Shown piece after piece: positions 50,564 through 63,194 of a DNA stretch of 64,000 nt (position 1 is the stretch's first letter; each line of letters starts with the position of its first letter). The position numbers and the translations under genes are program-made. The notes under the pieces are model-generated. The model was not told the origin of the DNA. It made no database searches and saw nothing but the letters and a program-made list of their open reading frames with translations. This DNA is from Antedon mediterranea (taxonomy: Eukaryota; Animalia; Echinodermata). The stretch spans positions 4,238,101 to 4,302,100 of the forward strand of contig NC_092677.1 of NCBI RefSeq assembly GCF_964355755.1. Direction: 5' to 3'.

Positions 50564-52209
50564 TAAAAGTGTAATGAACCACTCGGGAATTATAGACACA
50601 ATTATGTACCACATAAATGTACACTATATCAAACATTTGACTTTGTCAAGCTAAAATTAGAGGGTCCATTAAAAGATGTAATTGTTTGTTCTATAATAAG
50701 ATAACACTAGACCTACACTAAACATTTAATTCGTGTACGGTATCATCATCTTTAGTGTCGCCGGTTGAAGATTAATGTATTCTATCGTGGGATTTATTGT
50801 TTCATTGATACTGTTTAATGCTCTTCTGCTTTTTATTGTTTTAGTGCAGTTTTATCATATTTAACTACATTTCATGTGTATTATTATTTTCTTTTTCTTC
50901 TTGTTGATATTATTGACAAAGATCTTTCAAATCAAATAAAATTAATTATTAATGTCATGATACCCTACGTGGGTCTAATATAAATTTAAAAAACTTTCTA
51001 AAAGATGTTCTGGGAAAAAACAAGGCAAGAGCAAAAAGAGAAAATTAAAACTTTCTTTTATCTTCTATATCGAAGCGTTCAAATTAAAAAATGATGGTTT
51101 TGAACATAAATTGCAAAAAAGCTTGAAAATACTATTTTGTAGGAATTTTTATTTTTTTGATATTTAATTATCAGCTGATCTTAATCATCTTTGTAAGACA
51201 GTGGTAGTAACCATGCAACGCCATACCACTTTACTGAGAAGTCAGTTTTATAGAATCATATAATATATGACACATATGCTGGTACTAACTGAATAAGATT
51301 ATTAATTGTATCAACTAATAATAGTTTCAGTCGACTAACAATACAATAGTTATCAACTGTTAAAATTGTAAGAAAAAATCATAGTGGTGGTATAATGTCA
51401 AAAACGCCACTCAACCATGCGGCTGAACTTGAAATGAAGTTTTTTTGGACATTGATTTCTCCTTCTTTTGAAAATGTCTCCTATCTTTTAACACTAGCAG
51501 TTTACTAAAATTCCAAGAGACAGCTTCAAAGAAAAAGGGTGTGCGTGCCGACGAGCAACATCAACCAATCTAATTATTTAGTTCAGCTCATGCAAAAGCT
51601 TGACTGGTCAATTTTAGCATGTTGAAACAGTCAACAAAATCGTTATAGACGTTTTTGTGTCAGGATCAGAAAATGTTGCGAATATGCCTATATTTTAACA
51701 TATTTTATTTTTATTTTATTTTATTTTTATTTATTTTAACATATAACGATTTTGAGATCATCTTATATTGAAAATCAATGACGGCGATGTTTCTTAAAAT
51801 TAAGAATTAAAAATACCATGAAAGTGTAGGTAATCAAATTAGGCATAACAATATCGAAACTGAACCATAAAAATCGGTGAAATAATACAAACAATTACAT
51901 TGAAAAAACCTCCCCAAAATAGCTGTTTTTCTGTTCAGCGGAAATCGTCCGGGTTTTGTAATAAAACAATTAGTTAAAGAAACATTTGTTGGAAAGAGTA
52001 AGAAAAAGAAAAAAGAGAGAGAGAAACTAAGATAACCATACAATAATCTATATCAAAGCGTTCAAATTATTGTTATTGCAGAAGGCCTATTATAAGGAGA
52101 ATGAATGATGTAAAACAGAGTACGGTAAACATTTAAATAGTTTCATTGCTCTATGGTTGTTATATGAGTGGAGTTCACGGCGGATGGATGAGGACGAGAA
52201 TTGTCTCTG

Positions 52210-52422
52210 CAAAAGTCAACCAATGTAATCCACCTAATGGCCGTGTTTCCTGCGAGAAGCATGTGATGTTTGTGGTGGTTCAAAAGTCAACCAATGTAAT
52301 CCACCTAATGGCCGTGTTTCCTGCGAGAAGCATGTGATGTTTGTGGTGGTTCAAAAGTCAACCAATGTAATCCACCTAATGGCCGTGTTTCCTGCGAGAA
52401 GCATGTGATGTTTGTGGTGGTT
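52210..52422. repeat. 3 x 71-bp identical tandem repeat
   Basis: Units start at 52210, 52281 and 52352. Confidence 0.95.
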
Positions 52423-53589
52423 TAATTCTGTCCTCAACTGGTAACCTACTTCACTTTATATTAGTAGTTCAAAAAGTGTATACACATGGTACGCCTACAT
52501 GACGTACGCACTCATGCGACGAAAATCTCAGACAGTACATGTGATGGCAATAGAAATCGCATGGATGTAGGCCTATGTTATTCATGCACTGTGAAAACAT
52601 CGCATTCGTCTAATTTCGCATACAGTAGTGAAAAAAAGACTTCAGTGTTCTTTACCATCAATTCTACATGTTTGGCTATACAATATTCTTTGACCGCAGG
52701 GCCATGTGGACAATCACAGTAATAATCACTATCTATACAAGATGATAATTTACCGTACTACTGTAATGCGCTTGCTTCGCACAATATTACAATAATCAAG
52801 AAAAGCGCTGCAAGCAACTCATTAGGCCTAATGCATTTTGTTCAATTCAACTTGGAATTCATTCCAGAAATAATACATATAGCAAATGGTCATATAAAAA
52901 GAACTATGGTAAAAACGAACAATTTATTAAGACGCATGTTCAGAAACAAAAATAGATAGAATTTATTAAGCATTGTCCACACAGCATTGTTAAAAAATGA
53001 AAACACGTTGTTTTCGAAACGACACGTGCCTACTGACACATGTTCTGTACACAGGTCTAGATTACACGTCCCATTATAGTGACCATAACAAGCGAACGAG
53101 AACGGTTTGTTTAGTTTTAGTAAAATACAAGATTATGTACGGTTATGTTAGAAATAATTCATTTCCTACCGTTTTAGGTTTAATATCCAAATATATATAA
53201 ATAACATATAATACCAGTGAAGCTATTCTTAGATTTCCGTAGTAAATCATCCATTTTTATTCACACAACTTAACAACGTTACAATAACATTCTCGGATAG
53301 ATTAATTCCCCATCAGATAAATCTAATAGGAGGCACATTAGGCATAAACAAAATGTGTTCGTTTTCTGTCAATTATCAAACAATTTCCATTTACAAATTA
53401 CAAACTAAAAATTAATCTTCTAAGATTTGTTGCTAAATTTATCTTGTAAATTACGAGTTTCATGTTTTCTATTTTAACTTACCAATTATAGAATAGATAA
53501 ACTGCAATTTAATGTATCGTGTTTATAAGCGCAGCTTACCATTTGAGGTTAAGGACCTGGGGTTGAAAGAATTATAGTTATAGTTTTAA

Positions 53590-53894
53590 AGATACATTAT
53601 CCCCCTCTGAAAAAATAATTCTTACAAAAATGTTGGTTGAATATGCCATTTTAATGGTAGTTATTCACTTTGACCAAAAATTGGATTGAAAAAAAAATGC
53701 AAATTGGCTGCAAGTCAATGTGTTTTTGGTTGAATTTAAACGATTATTTTGTCATTTTATAAGTATAAGAACTTACTTTTTTTTTCATTATTTTTTTATG
53801 GAAGTGATAAATTTTATTAAAACTATAAAATGGCCTATTAAAGTCCGATTTTATAAAATTTCAATTTTTTACGTTTTCGGGGGACAATACATCT
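53590..53894. mobile_element. ~305-bp TTAA-flanked MITE, Kolobok-like family 2 (other copies ~530-770, ~2645-2910, ~7213-7530, ~9115-9358)
   Basis: TTAA-AGATACATTATCCCC...GGGGACAATACATCT-TTAA; shared internal blocks (TTTTGGTTGAATTTAA, AAATGGCCTATT) in the other copies. Confidence 0.8.
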
Positions 53895-54054
53895 TTAACA
53901 TAAGAAGGTACCGATTGAACCATAGGCGACCAACCACCAATTTATAACCACTATATTCAGCTGCAAGCACGTACATTTACACCTAGCACAAAACAGTGAC
54001 AAAATGACTACATAAATGACAAAACTAAAGAATATTTATATAATCTAGTTTGTA

Positions 54055-55044
54055 TTACTCTTCAACTAGTACCGCAGTAGCTGCAGTTTTTGACATTGAC
54101 ATCTCTGCTACTGTCAAACATTCGGTAGACCTACTTTTACATAATCCGCATTTGCGAAAAAGGCGGATAATATGCTTTTTAAACTCTGGCCTTCTCATAG
54201 TGTAGATGACAGGGTTTACAGTGCATCCACTGAAAGAAATAGCGTATAAAAAACACGACACCATTGCCGTATTTTCTCCGCCAAATGGCGAACAGTCGTA
54301 AGTGGAATACACATACATCATGGATGGAAAATAGCAAAAGAGAAAAGCGCCAAGCACGATCAATGTGGTTTTGATTGCTTTGATATTGACGGTGTTGGCT
54401 TGCTTTCTACCCTCTACTTGAGATTCCGCAATACGCCTTGCTTGTTTTGCTGCAATGAAATAAACTCTGGTGTGGATGAGAACGGTCAAAATGACAACTC
54501 CACACACAATGATCTCCACTGCCATGCTACCAACTGGTTTATCATACAAGGGACACTCAATTGCAATTGCGTCGAATCCACCATACACGCCATAACAAGA
54601 CATTGCGCCACAAAGCCAGATAATAGCAACTAGTACGATAACTTTTGATCTATCGGGAATGTTCATATATTTCAAAGGAAATGTGAGAGTTAAGAACCGA
54701 TCAAAGCCGACGAAGAAAAGATTAAAAAGCGACAATATAAGACACGTTCCAACGCCTTTTGACACATCGTAGAATTCAAGAAGCTGATTTGCTGAATAAA
54801 ACGAAGAAGCTATAATCAGCATGATTCCTGTCACGTGATCAATGAATGCTAGATTAAATAGCAGAATGTTGTAAGGTGTATGTAAAGATCTCGTTGTAAA
54901 GATAACCCACATCACGAAGATGTTACCAAGAACAGCAACCACTCCAGATATTTGATAGAACACCGAAAAAACGATATCTTCATATTTCGAATACTCGTAA
55001 ACATATGACATGAGTGACGTGTCGTTGAGCGTATTGGTAGCCAT
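54055..55044 (-). CDS. Class A GPCR, single-exon ORF (GPCR5)
   Basis: GNIFV, NLAFID, GFDRF, KAIKTT, CYFP, NPVIY. First ATG at 55044 (MATNTLNDTS). The tail AEMSMSKTA is homologous to the GPCR3/4 tails. Confidence 0.94.
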   Translation of the reverse strand: MATNTLNDTSLMSYVYEYSKYEDIVFSVFYQISGVVAVLGNIFVMWVIFTTRSLHTPYNILLFNLAFIDHVTGIMLIIASSFYSANQLLEFYDVSKGVGTCLILSLFNLFFVGFDRFLTLTFPLKYMNIPDRSKVIVLVAIIWLCGAMSCYGVYGGFDAIAIECPLYDKPVGSMAVEIIVCGVVILTVLIHTRVYFIAAKQARRIAESQVEGRKQANTVNIKAIKTTLIVLGAFLFCYFPSMMYVYSTYDCSPFGGENTAMVSCFLYAISFSGCTVNPVIYTMRRPEFKKHIIRLFRKCGLCKSRSTECLTVAEMSMSKTAATAVLVEE

Positions 55045-56281
55045 TTTGGAACTTTCGGTTGATATACTTCTGTTGTGCCTAAACCCGTAATAATAATTTA
55101 TGATTGTTAATCCATTTGAATCAGTACCATTACCAAGATACAATTTTAATCAAAATCTTAAATCAGAAAACTTGAAACACAAACCAAAGTAAACCGTGTA
55201 TTATACTTGCTCAAAATTAATAGTAATCTTTAATGATACGTTAAATTGTCATGTTTGTTTTTTAATTAAATCAATACTATTAAACAATAACCAGTGTGAA
55301 AGTCAGCTTACATTTTGTACAGTTTTTCTTATTTGTACGGTCGCATAGCTATAGTGACTTTGAATATTATCAAACATCTGGGTCTTACCTGAAATTTGGT
55401 CCAATTTAGATATTCAACTGGCTTTCTAATAACTAACTAATTGCATACTAGCATAACTTGTACTGTTTAAGTTACACAATTTCCTTTATTTAAATAGGTA
55501 GGTCTAACCAATCAATTGATTGAAAGTTAAAACATTTTTTTTAAATGTTTGTTTAAATTAAAGTAACACGTTTGTTTAAATTAAAGTATACGGTTGATTT
55601 TGTGGTAATACGAAACGGTCAGTACTTTTAGGCCTACTCAAAAATATTAATAAACCATAAATTTGCTTTCAGTGAAATTACAAAAGAACAGTTATTACTC
55701 TCCAATTCAATAATTGCTATAATATCCATATTGTTGAAAAATAAACAGGGCACACAGTAAATAAATCGATTTTCAATGTAAGTAAATGAGTATGAGTCTA
55801 TTGCAAATTATACCTTAGTGACATTGTCCCATTAAAAGGTGGACCAACAATGAATATTCGTAACTAAGGTAGGTAACATATAGCTAAATATTAATGGACT
55901 TAATACAATGGTAGTGAAAATTATATAATCGAAATGATAAATTTATTTGTCATTAACTTACTGTGTTTTTTTGGTTTAAAAAAAAATTAAATCAGAGTGA
56001 TAATAAGCAAACGAGTTCAATCCCAAAATCAAACTAACAAATACCCAAATACATCTTTTAAAATAACTATTAAAATAACATAATTAAAATAACTAATTTG
56101 AATATTCCGCAAAACTAATGATATTCCGCTCGACTAATCCGCCCTCAATAGTTTACACAAAAACTATTGTTTATAAACAACAAACGAAACTTGTGCGAAA
56201 CATGCATGAATTAAAATGTATTTATTTGTTTAAACATGTTGATGATGAAGACATTTAAAAAGTAATCAGAAATAAAACCGC

Positions 56282-59200
56282 ATGTCTGGATTATGTTCTA
56301 TTCAGTCCGCCTACGGCTCAAGCGATACAGACTCGTCTGATGAAGAGAATCACCAGAAAAAAAGAGGTATACTTCCTAGGCCTGAACCCACTACTGATTT
56401 GGTGGTGGGAAAGCGCGGCGTAGATGTCTTCCAGTGCCCTACCCCACACACTGAAACTGATGCTAAAAGGCCTAGGCTAACAAGAACAGAATCAAATGGA
56501 AGGTACAGTTTTAAAAAGTAGCTATTGGAGTATTCCTTTAAATTGTTTTTGTTGTGGTTATGTGGATGGTATCGTAAAAAAAAAGCTAATATTTAATAAT
56601 AAGGCTAACCACGGAGGTATACCTCCATGCATGCTAACTTTAACTAAAATAAAAGCCTATTTTAGGCTAGCATTTATTTAGTTGGTAACGCTAGGCCCTA
56701 GTTAGGCTAGTTCTAGGCCTATAGCCTATATAAAATAATAAATGCTACAAAATAAGACAGGGAGGTATGAATAATAATATTATTAATACAGATATTTGTT
56801 TTATTTTTATACCTCTCTACTTTACTAGCCCAGGGCCAAGTTAGTACAGTACTACTAGCTAGGTTAGGTAATAGTATTAGGTAGCCTAGCTAGGCCTAGT
56901 CCATGGCTAGTCTATAGCTATTAGGCTTAGTAATAGTAGTAAGTACGTCTACTCGTTTATGCCTGGTCAAAACCCCCCAAACTAGGCCTAGGGCCTTCTG
57001 GTCTAATTTCAACTTTTCCTTCTCCCGATAGTAAAAGTACTTCAGACTTTCTACCACTACCGGATGAAGTGATGTCGATGTTCTTGGGCGACAGGGCAAG
57101 TGATGCATCATCATCCAATCATCAAGGACGTGTTAGATCGTTTGCTCATGAAGCTGGAAATTGGGCAACTTATGTATATGTACCAAGTAAGATGGTGTTT
57201 TCTAAACATTTTTCCAGGAACTACCATTAAAACCTTTCCCAGAGGATAACTTTTTACTGTTTATTCATTAATTCATAACGAAAAATATTGTTCTTTCTTG
57301 AACTAAAAATAAATAAACAAAATCAAATAAAACATAAATATTCAATAGTTAAAGCCCCATTCCCTACGTTTTTTAAATCTAATTTAAGATCACAAACTAT
57401 ATTTAATGTAAAAATAATACTATATGATCCTATTGCGATAACTTTTTTCGTCTTTAAACGGTTAAAAATGTGAAAAATAAGTCGATTCTAATAATTATAG
57501 CGGCCCGCTATAAATCCCAAAATGCATTGCGCGCAGATTGATATTTTTGTTTTTCACCTGTAATTCGCCCACTTTTCGATCGATCGTGAGGCCAAAACAA
57601 ATGGAAGACTCCTAACTTTTCAGCGAAAATACCGGGTTTTCCCCAATTTGTATCAACGGAGTCTGGCAAAAATAGAAAGACAATTAATGCAGCAACTATA
57701 CAACGTCAGGCTAGGTATATAGGTAGCGTACGATGTTCGTACGTTACCGATGTTTGCCAGCTAGGCCTACAAAACTAAGCCTAGCTAGGCTATGCCTAAG
57801 ACCGTCCACTCGCCGCGAGCTACTTAGGTAGTGCATTGTTTCTCACTTTTTATCATAATTTACCATAAAACGTACATTTAAGACAAGGAATGACATGGTT
57901 TAATGTTTTTAAAGTGATATATATGTATTATTTTCCAAAAAACGTCCAAAATTGCAGGGAAGGGGTCTTTAACTGTTCCAACCATGCCATGTATTACCAA
58001 AATACTGACTATTGGCAGAAAATACTGATTTATCAACTACACATAATAAATAACAGTTAATTTGTACACAAACAAAATAATTGATACAAGTGTAAAAAAA
58101 TAAACATTCATAAAGCGATGTTTACGGATATATCACACAGAGTACCAAAAATAATTGAGGTGCGACTTGGCGAATAAAACAAACTATATATTATTATTTC
58201 AGTTGAGATAACAAGTGGACTTGAGGATATTGTAAGTGCCTTGCATGAGTGTATCCCTACTGAATACAACATACAACCAATGGACATTCTTCACCTAAGC
58301 GTATCAAAGACGGTCACACTAAAATATCATTGGATCAGACCGTTTACAGAGTTGCTATCACAAAGACTGGCAGAATTACCACAATTTATCTGTGCTTTTG
58401 GAAAGCCACGTGTATATGTTAATGATGAAGCCACTAGGTAAATAAACATGCAACATATTCTTCTATACGCAGGCACTAGATCTAGCAAAAACCAGCCCGA
58501 ACTAGTATCACTATCAGGCACCAAATCTAGCAAAAACCAGCCCAAACCAGTATCAGGCACTAGATGTAGCAAAAATCAGCCCAAACCAGTATTGGAGACT
58601 ACATCTATTTGTGAAAATATGTTTGTAAACACATACAGTAACCTTTACTTTACAAGATGCCTACATTGTTATGATGTCAAACATACAGCAACAGCTGATA
58701 TTATATGGTGTTTGTTGGGTGTAATATCCACACCTGCAATAAAATTTGATGATAAAATAATATAAAATTTAAATGCTTTAAACGATCTGTTATTTACAAG
58801 GGGAAAAATAAATTGGTATAATTATTTATTCAATAGGTCATTTGTGAGTCTTACAATTGGTCAAGGAGTAAAGGAACTGGAAGACATTGTTAAGGAAGTC
58901 GACTTGGCTCTAAATGAATTTAACTTGCCACCATTCTACAAGGTAATACAAGCCTATTATAAATCAAATAGTGACATAGGTCACATAAAGGTCAATGATT
59001 GCATTAAATCATAGATATATACTGTATAGCACATAGCATGCTCGTTGTGTTTGTGCACTCTTTGCATAGTGCCATTATTAAAAAAATAATAATTTAAATC
59101 ATTATCTCATTTAAAGCCAGCATCATTTCATGTAAGCATAGGATGGTGCCTAGGCAACATAACCAAAGACATATCAACAGAAGCATTATCAAATTTAGAG

Positions 59201-59662
59201 GTAAATTTGCAAAAGTTACTATATTAGATTTCATTCTTTGAAATGCCATTAGATATACCCTATTAATGGACACATTCCTGTTGAACAAACCAGGGCCAAT
59301 ATGTTTCAACCCCTAAAATACCCCTATTATGGAGACACTATGGTTGGTCCTGAAGGTGTACCTTTAACAGTGGCGTAACAGGGGCCCCGGTGTTTATCGA
59401 GGCCCCTGAGCAGTATCCAGTGGAAAATACAGGCATTAAAATATGTTGAAAAAGGCTAAAAACTTGGGGTTCTACCAGGGGCCTCAGGTATCTGCGTTAC
59501 GCAACTGCCCCAGAGTTCTACTGTACTATAATTATTACAACTGAATTTTGTTTTCTACAGAGATGCTTTCTAGAACACTTTTCATCATTAAAACCATCTT
59601 GGAACGTGACAAAGCTATGCAGTAAAATTGGCAACAAATGCTTTGCATTTCCTCTCAGCTGA
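56282..59662 (+). CDS. USB1: U6 snRNA phosphodiesterase (2H phosphoesterase), 300 aa, 6 exons
   Basis: Exons 56282-56502, 57032-57186, 58203-58437, 58837-58942, 59117-59200, 59561-59662. Total 903 nt, GT-AG, in phase. Motifs HQGRVRSFAHEAGNWATYVYVP, HLSVS and FHVSIGW (two HxS motifs), YVNDEATRSF, LPPFY, KIGNKCFAFPL. Confidence 0.95.
57353..57968. mobile_element. Second copy of the Kolobok-like element, in USB1 intron 2
   Basis: TTAA at 57349-52 and 57969-72; AG...CT termini; imperfect TIR; reverse complement of 16493-17115. Confidence 0.85.
58470..58592. repeat. 3 x ~39-bp tandem repeat in USB1 intron 3
   Basis: CAGGCACTAGATCTAGCAAAAACCAGCCCAAACCAGTAT-like units at 58470, 58515 and 58554. 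Confidence 0.9.
59368..59507. mobile_element. Short hAT-like MITE in USB1 intron 5
   Basis: CAGTGGCGTAAC...GTTACGCAACTG termini with internal GGGGCCCC/GGCCCC motifs; no clear TSD. Confidence 0.55.
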
Positions 59663-62487
59663 CATTTGTGGCAATTCTTGTACTATGCAATAAACCGTGT
59701 CATTATTTGCAGATTACCTGTTCCTAACAGAAAAAATATTTTCATTTCTGTCTGAATTCTACACCTGTTTTAAAAAAAGCAAATTGTATTTCAAGAAATA
59801 ATGACTTGGTCTAATGAATAAAAAGCGCAGCTCTGCAAAATATACAATTGTGCTTCAGATAAGGAATTCAAATTATATTCAAGCTGGAACAGCAACATAA
59901 TACAACAATTATAAAGGGATCATGTTAAAATTATTGTAAAGTTCTGCATATTTTTTACTGTTTATATTGTATTTTTTTCATCATTGGTTTATGAGCCAGT
60001 CCCTGCAATAAACTACAAACCTTGCTATAAACAATTATAACAGGTTAAACAAGTAAATAAAAAGTAGTTACTGCAGTAACATAAAATGTAGTTACTGCAG
60101 TAACATAAACAAGTAAATAAAATGTAGTTACTGCAGTAACATAAACAGGATAAACAAGTAAATAAAATGTAGTTTTACTACTTGACAGGTTGTTTACAGA
60201 CATTTTCAACAATATTATCATAAAAATATGTAATTTAAAAATTGACTGTACGGCAATATTTTAAAAAAACCTCGAAATGTGTCATTTTACAGCTAACAGC
60301 CTAACAATGACAATATGGTTTGTGACTGTAAATCTGAATTATTTTTCTTGTTAAAAATAAAAACAATACAATTCAAAAATGTTTTTTTTTACACCAGAGG
60401 ATTTGTATCTGCATAAATTAATAAATGGAACTTTTTACACCTGTAATGACAATAGGAATGTGAGAATATTTGTGGTAATCAACAAAAGGCAAAAAAAAAT
60501 ATCAAATATGTTTTTTCAAATTGGAAATCTTGTGGAAATCCAATCAGGAATCCAGCACCAAGATTCAAATCCATTTATTATATCATCATTTGCATAAAAT
60601 ACATAGACAATTAAGTAGGGAGTAACAGCACAATACAAAAAGAAAAAACTAAGGCACACCATTCTATAACATTAACTAAGCAATTAATCAAGGCAATGTA
60701 TTGCATGAATGCAGTGGGTCTATTGTGTACCAAATTCTGTTTAAATTTAGTGTATTCAACTGGAAAGGAAAACATTAATATTAAAAAATAAACCTTTTTT
60801 TACTATATTAATTTTGTTACCTTTTATGGATCTGCATATTAAATTTTCAGAATATTATAAAGTAGTAATATACAAGGGCCTTTAATGATTTACTACATTA
60901 TAGATCTATTAATAGTACAACATGCTATCATATCTCCATGGTGATTTGGTTTGTTTTTTTACTAGCAACTTGCTAATTTCCTTTCATTATTGATTGTGAC
61001 ATAAAATACATTTGAAATATAAAAAAAACAGACAAAAGGAACATTTGCAGTAAAAATTGTAAACTTTCTTTAATATTTTATGATGTTGTTAGTAACTCAA
61101 TATTTATTTTTTTCATTATGTAATGTTTGTTTGTGAATATATGCACTTTTGTAGGCCTACCAGTAAGTCAATCAAAGTTAATAGTCTTGTTTCTACTGCC
61201 TGTTACATTCTAAATTCATGTATACAAACATTTTATTAAGAAAAAATAAACCTATCATTTACTGTACATTCCCATAAGAGCAAATTTACTTTATTTTTTT
61301 CTAAATATTTTTTTATCACAAAATAATAATGTTTGCTTTTGTCTTAGTCTGTGTCTTCCACTGCATACTGCATTTAAAACGATCCATATATCGAAATAAT
61401 CTTTTCAATTGCCATTCTTGATTCTATAGAAACTGTGTATTGGAAAAAATGTTTTTCATGTTTTCATGTTCCCATATGTTCTATATTGTACCATCAGTAC
61501 CAGTACTTCTATGAATAGATGATTAGTTGGGAACATGAACGCTAGTTGATCAATCCAGTACCGTTTTGACCGTGCGATCATTCGGGAAAACTCCTCCCGC
61601 CGTTAAAATCAAAGCAAAATGCCTAAGAATTTTGAAATTTAAAAATATTCATAAAAAAATCAAATATAACAGTTAATTATATCCCAACTGTAAAGAGTAA
61701 CAGTAAATAAAAATCATCAGTTGGGTTTCTCAAAGTAGTGACGAATAATTAACTGTATATTACTGTATATTATATGTATAATATTTTATTTATATTACTA
61801 ACTGAATGAATCTTTTCAAGGGTTAAAATATTCAGTTTGCTATTTTCATAGAATCACTTGTAGTATTGACAAATAAAAATGTGTTTATGTGTTTGTCATA
61901 ACATGATTTTGTGTACCAGCAAGTCTGTGTCTTCCCCTGCATACTACATTTTATGATAAGTATGCAAAATTTAATAAATTTTTACCAAGAAAATATTCAT
62001 TTGGTATTCCAATCTCATAACAGAGAATATCTTGTAGGCCTACTGAAAAAAGAAATTAAAACAAGGTCATATCATGCAGTCGCGTGCTCAAGTTAGTGTT
62101 CACTAAGTGGCGTTGCACGTGACTAAAAATTGACAGGTTATTAGGTGTTTATCACAAAATATTGACGAGTTTCCATGCATGTTTTCGAACCATCAAGAAA
62201 ATAAACTATAAAAAAACATTTGACATGTTTTTTTGTGTTGATCACAAACGTTTCATATAAAATGTATACAAATATATATACAGTATTTGTTTAAAACATA
62301 TGAACAGATATGGAAGCCATTTTTATCTTCTGACCATCTTCATTGTTACTGTGTCGACTCTGCCTTCAGGAACTGTACATAATATCTATGTCAACAAAAC
62401 TTGATGTACGTCCGTCACTTGTACCTCAGCGGCCGGCACTCGTCTGAAATGATCACTCAGCAAATGTTACAATACAGTAGAACCCAT

Positions 62488-62770
62488 CTTCTTTTAATGC
62501 GGGTTCTTTGTACCTTCATTTTCTCAGCTTCAAAACATTTTGACTTTGCTTAAATTTCCTGCTTGGGACACCTCTACTGAGTAAACACTTTGTTGGGTCA
62601 TGAAGGTGTCCCTTCTTTTAATGCGGGTTCTTTGTACCTTCATTTTCTCAGCTTCAAACCATTTTGACTTTGCTTAAATTTCCTGCTTGGGACACCTCTA
62701 CAAGGAGACACTTTGTTGGGTCATGAAGGTGTCTCTTTTGATGTGGGTTCCCTATACCTTCATTTTCTCA
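62488..62770. repeat. ~125-bp tandem duplication (2+ copies) of a decayed MITE-like segment
   Basis: TAATGCGGGTTCTTTGTACCTTCATTTTCTCAGCTTC..GGGACACCTCTAC occurs twice, plus a partial third copy. Confidence 0.85.
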
Positions 62771-63194
62771 AAACATCTTTACTTTATTTTTCTGCTTTTG
62801 ACTTTTTGTATGTCACTTTTAAGGCATTGTGACATGTGTTCATTTTCAAGCATTGTTTATTCATTGCAAGTTTGAGAACACTTTGTACTGGTACTATTCG
62901 ACCATGGAGGCATTAATTGTTATGATCGTATTATTGTTTGGTAATATAGTACAGTACATTAACATACAAACAAAACATAAAATACAGTATGAACTGTAAA
63001 AAATGTGAATATGATAAAAATGTGAAAATCTATGTGATTAAAAAAGTCACCGCAATCTAAAATTTCTTGTGCTTGATATGCATATCATTGGATTACTTTC
63101 ATTTTTTACATAATTATGGTTAAAAGTATACATAAATACAGAATATTTTTTACAATTATTTTTACAAAGTATTATTATTGCAAGTCAGTTTTTG

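Larger units (their letters stand above)
41999..51452. repeat. Tandem segmental duplication (~4.2-kb unit) carrying GPCR3/GPCR4
   Basis: Unit 1 is ~41999-46245. Unit 2 starts at ~46246 (matches 41999-42168), is interrupted by ~46410-47750, then matches 42195-46240 up to ~51452, including a MITE at the equivalent position (45323 and 50401). Confidence 0.9.

Noticed and set aside
58448-58765. 105-aa ORF with 13-aa repeats and a good acceptor at ~58472 in USB1 intron 3
   Set aside because: The acceptor is only ~35 nt from the exon-3 donor, the ORF is explained by a 39-bp tandem repeat, and USB1 is complete without it.
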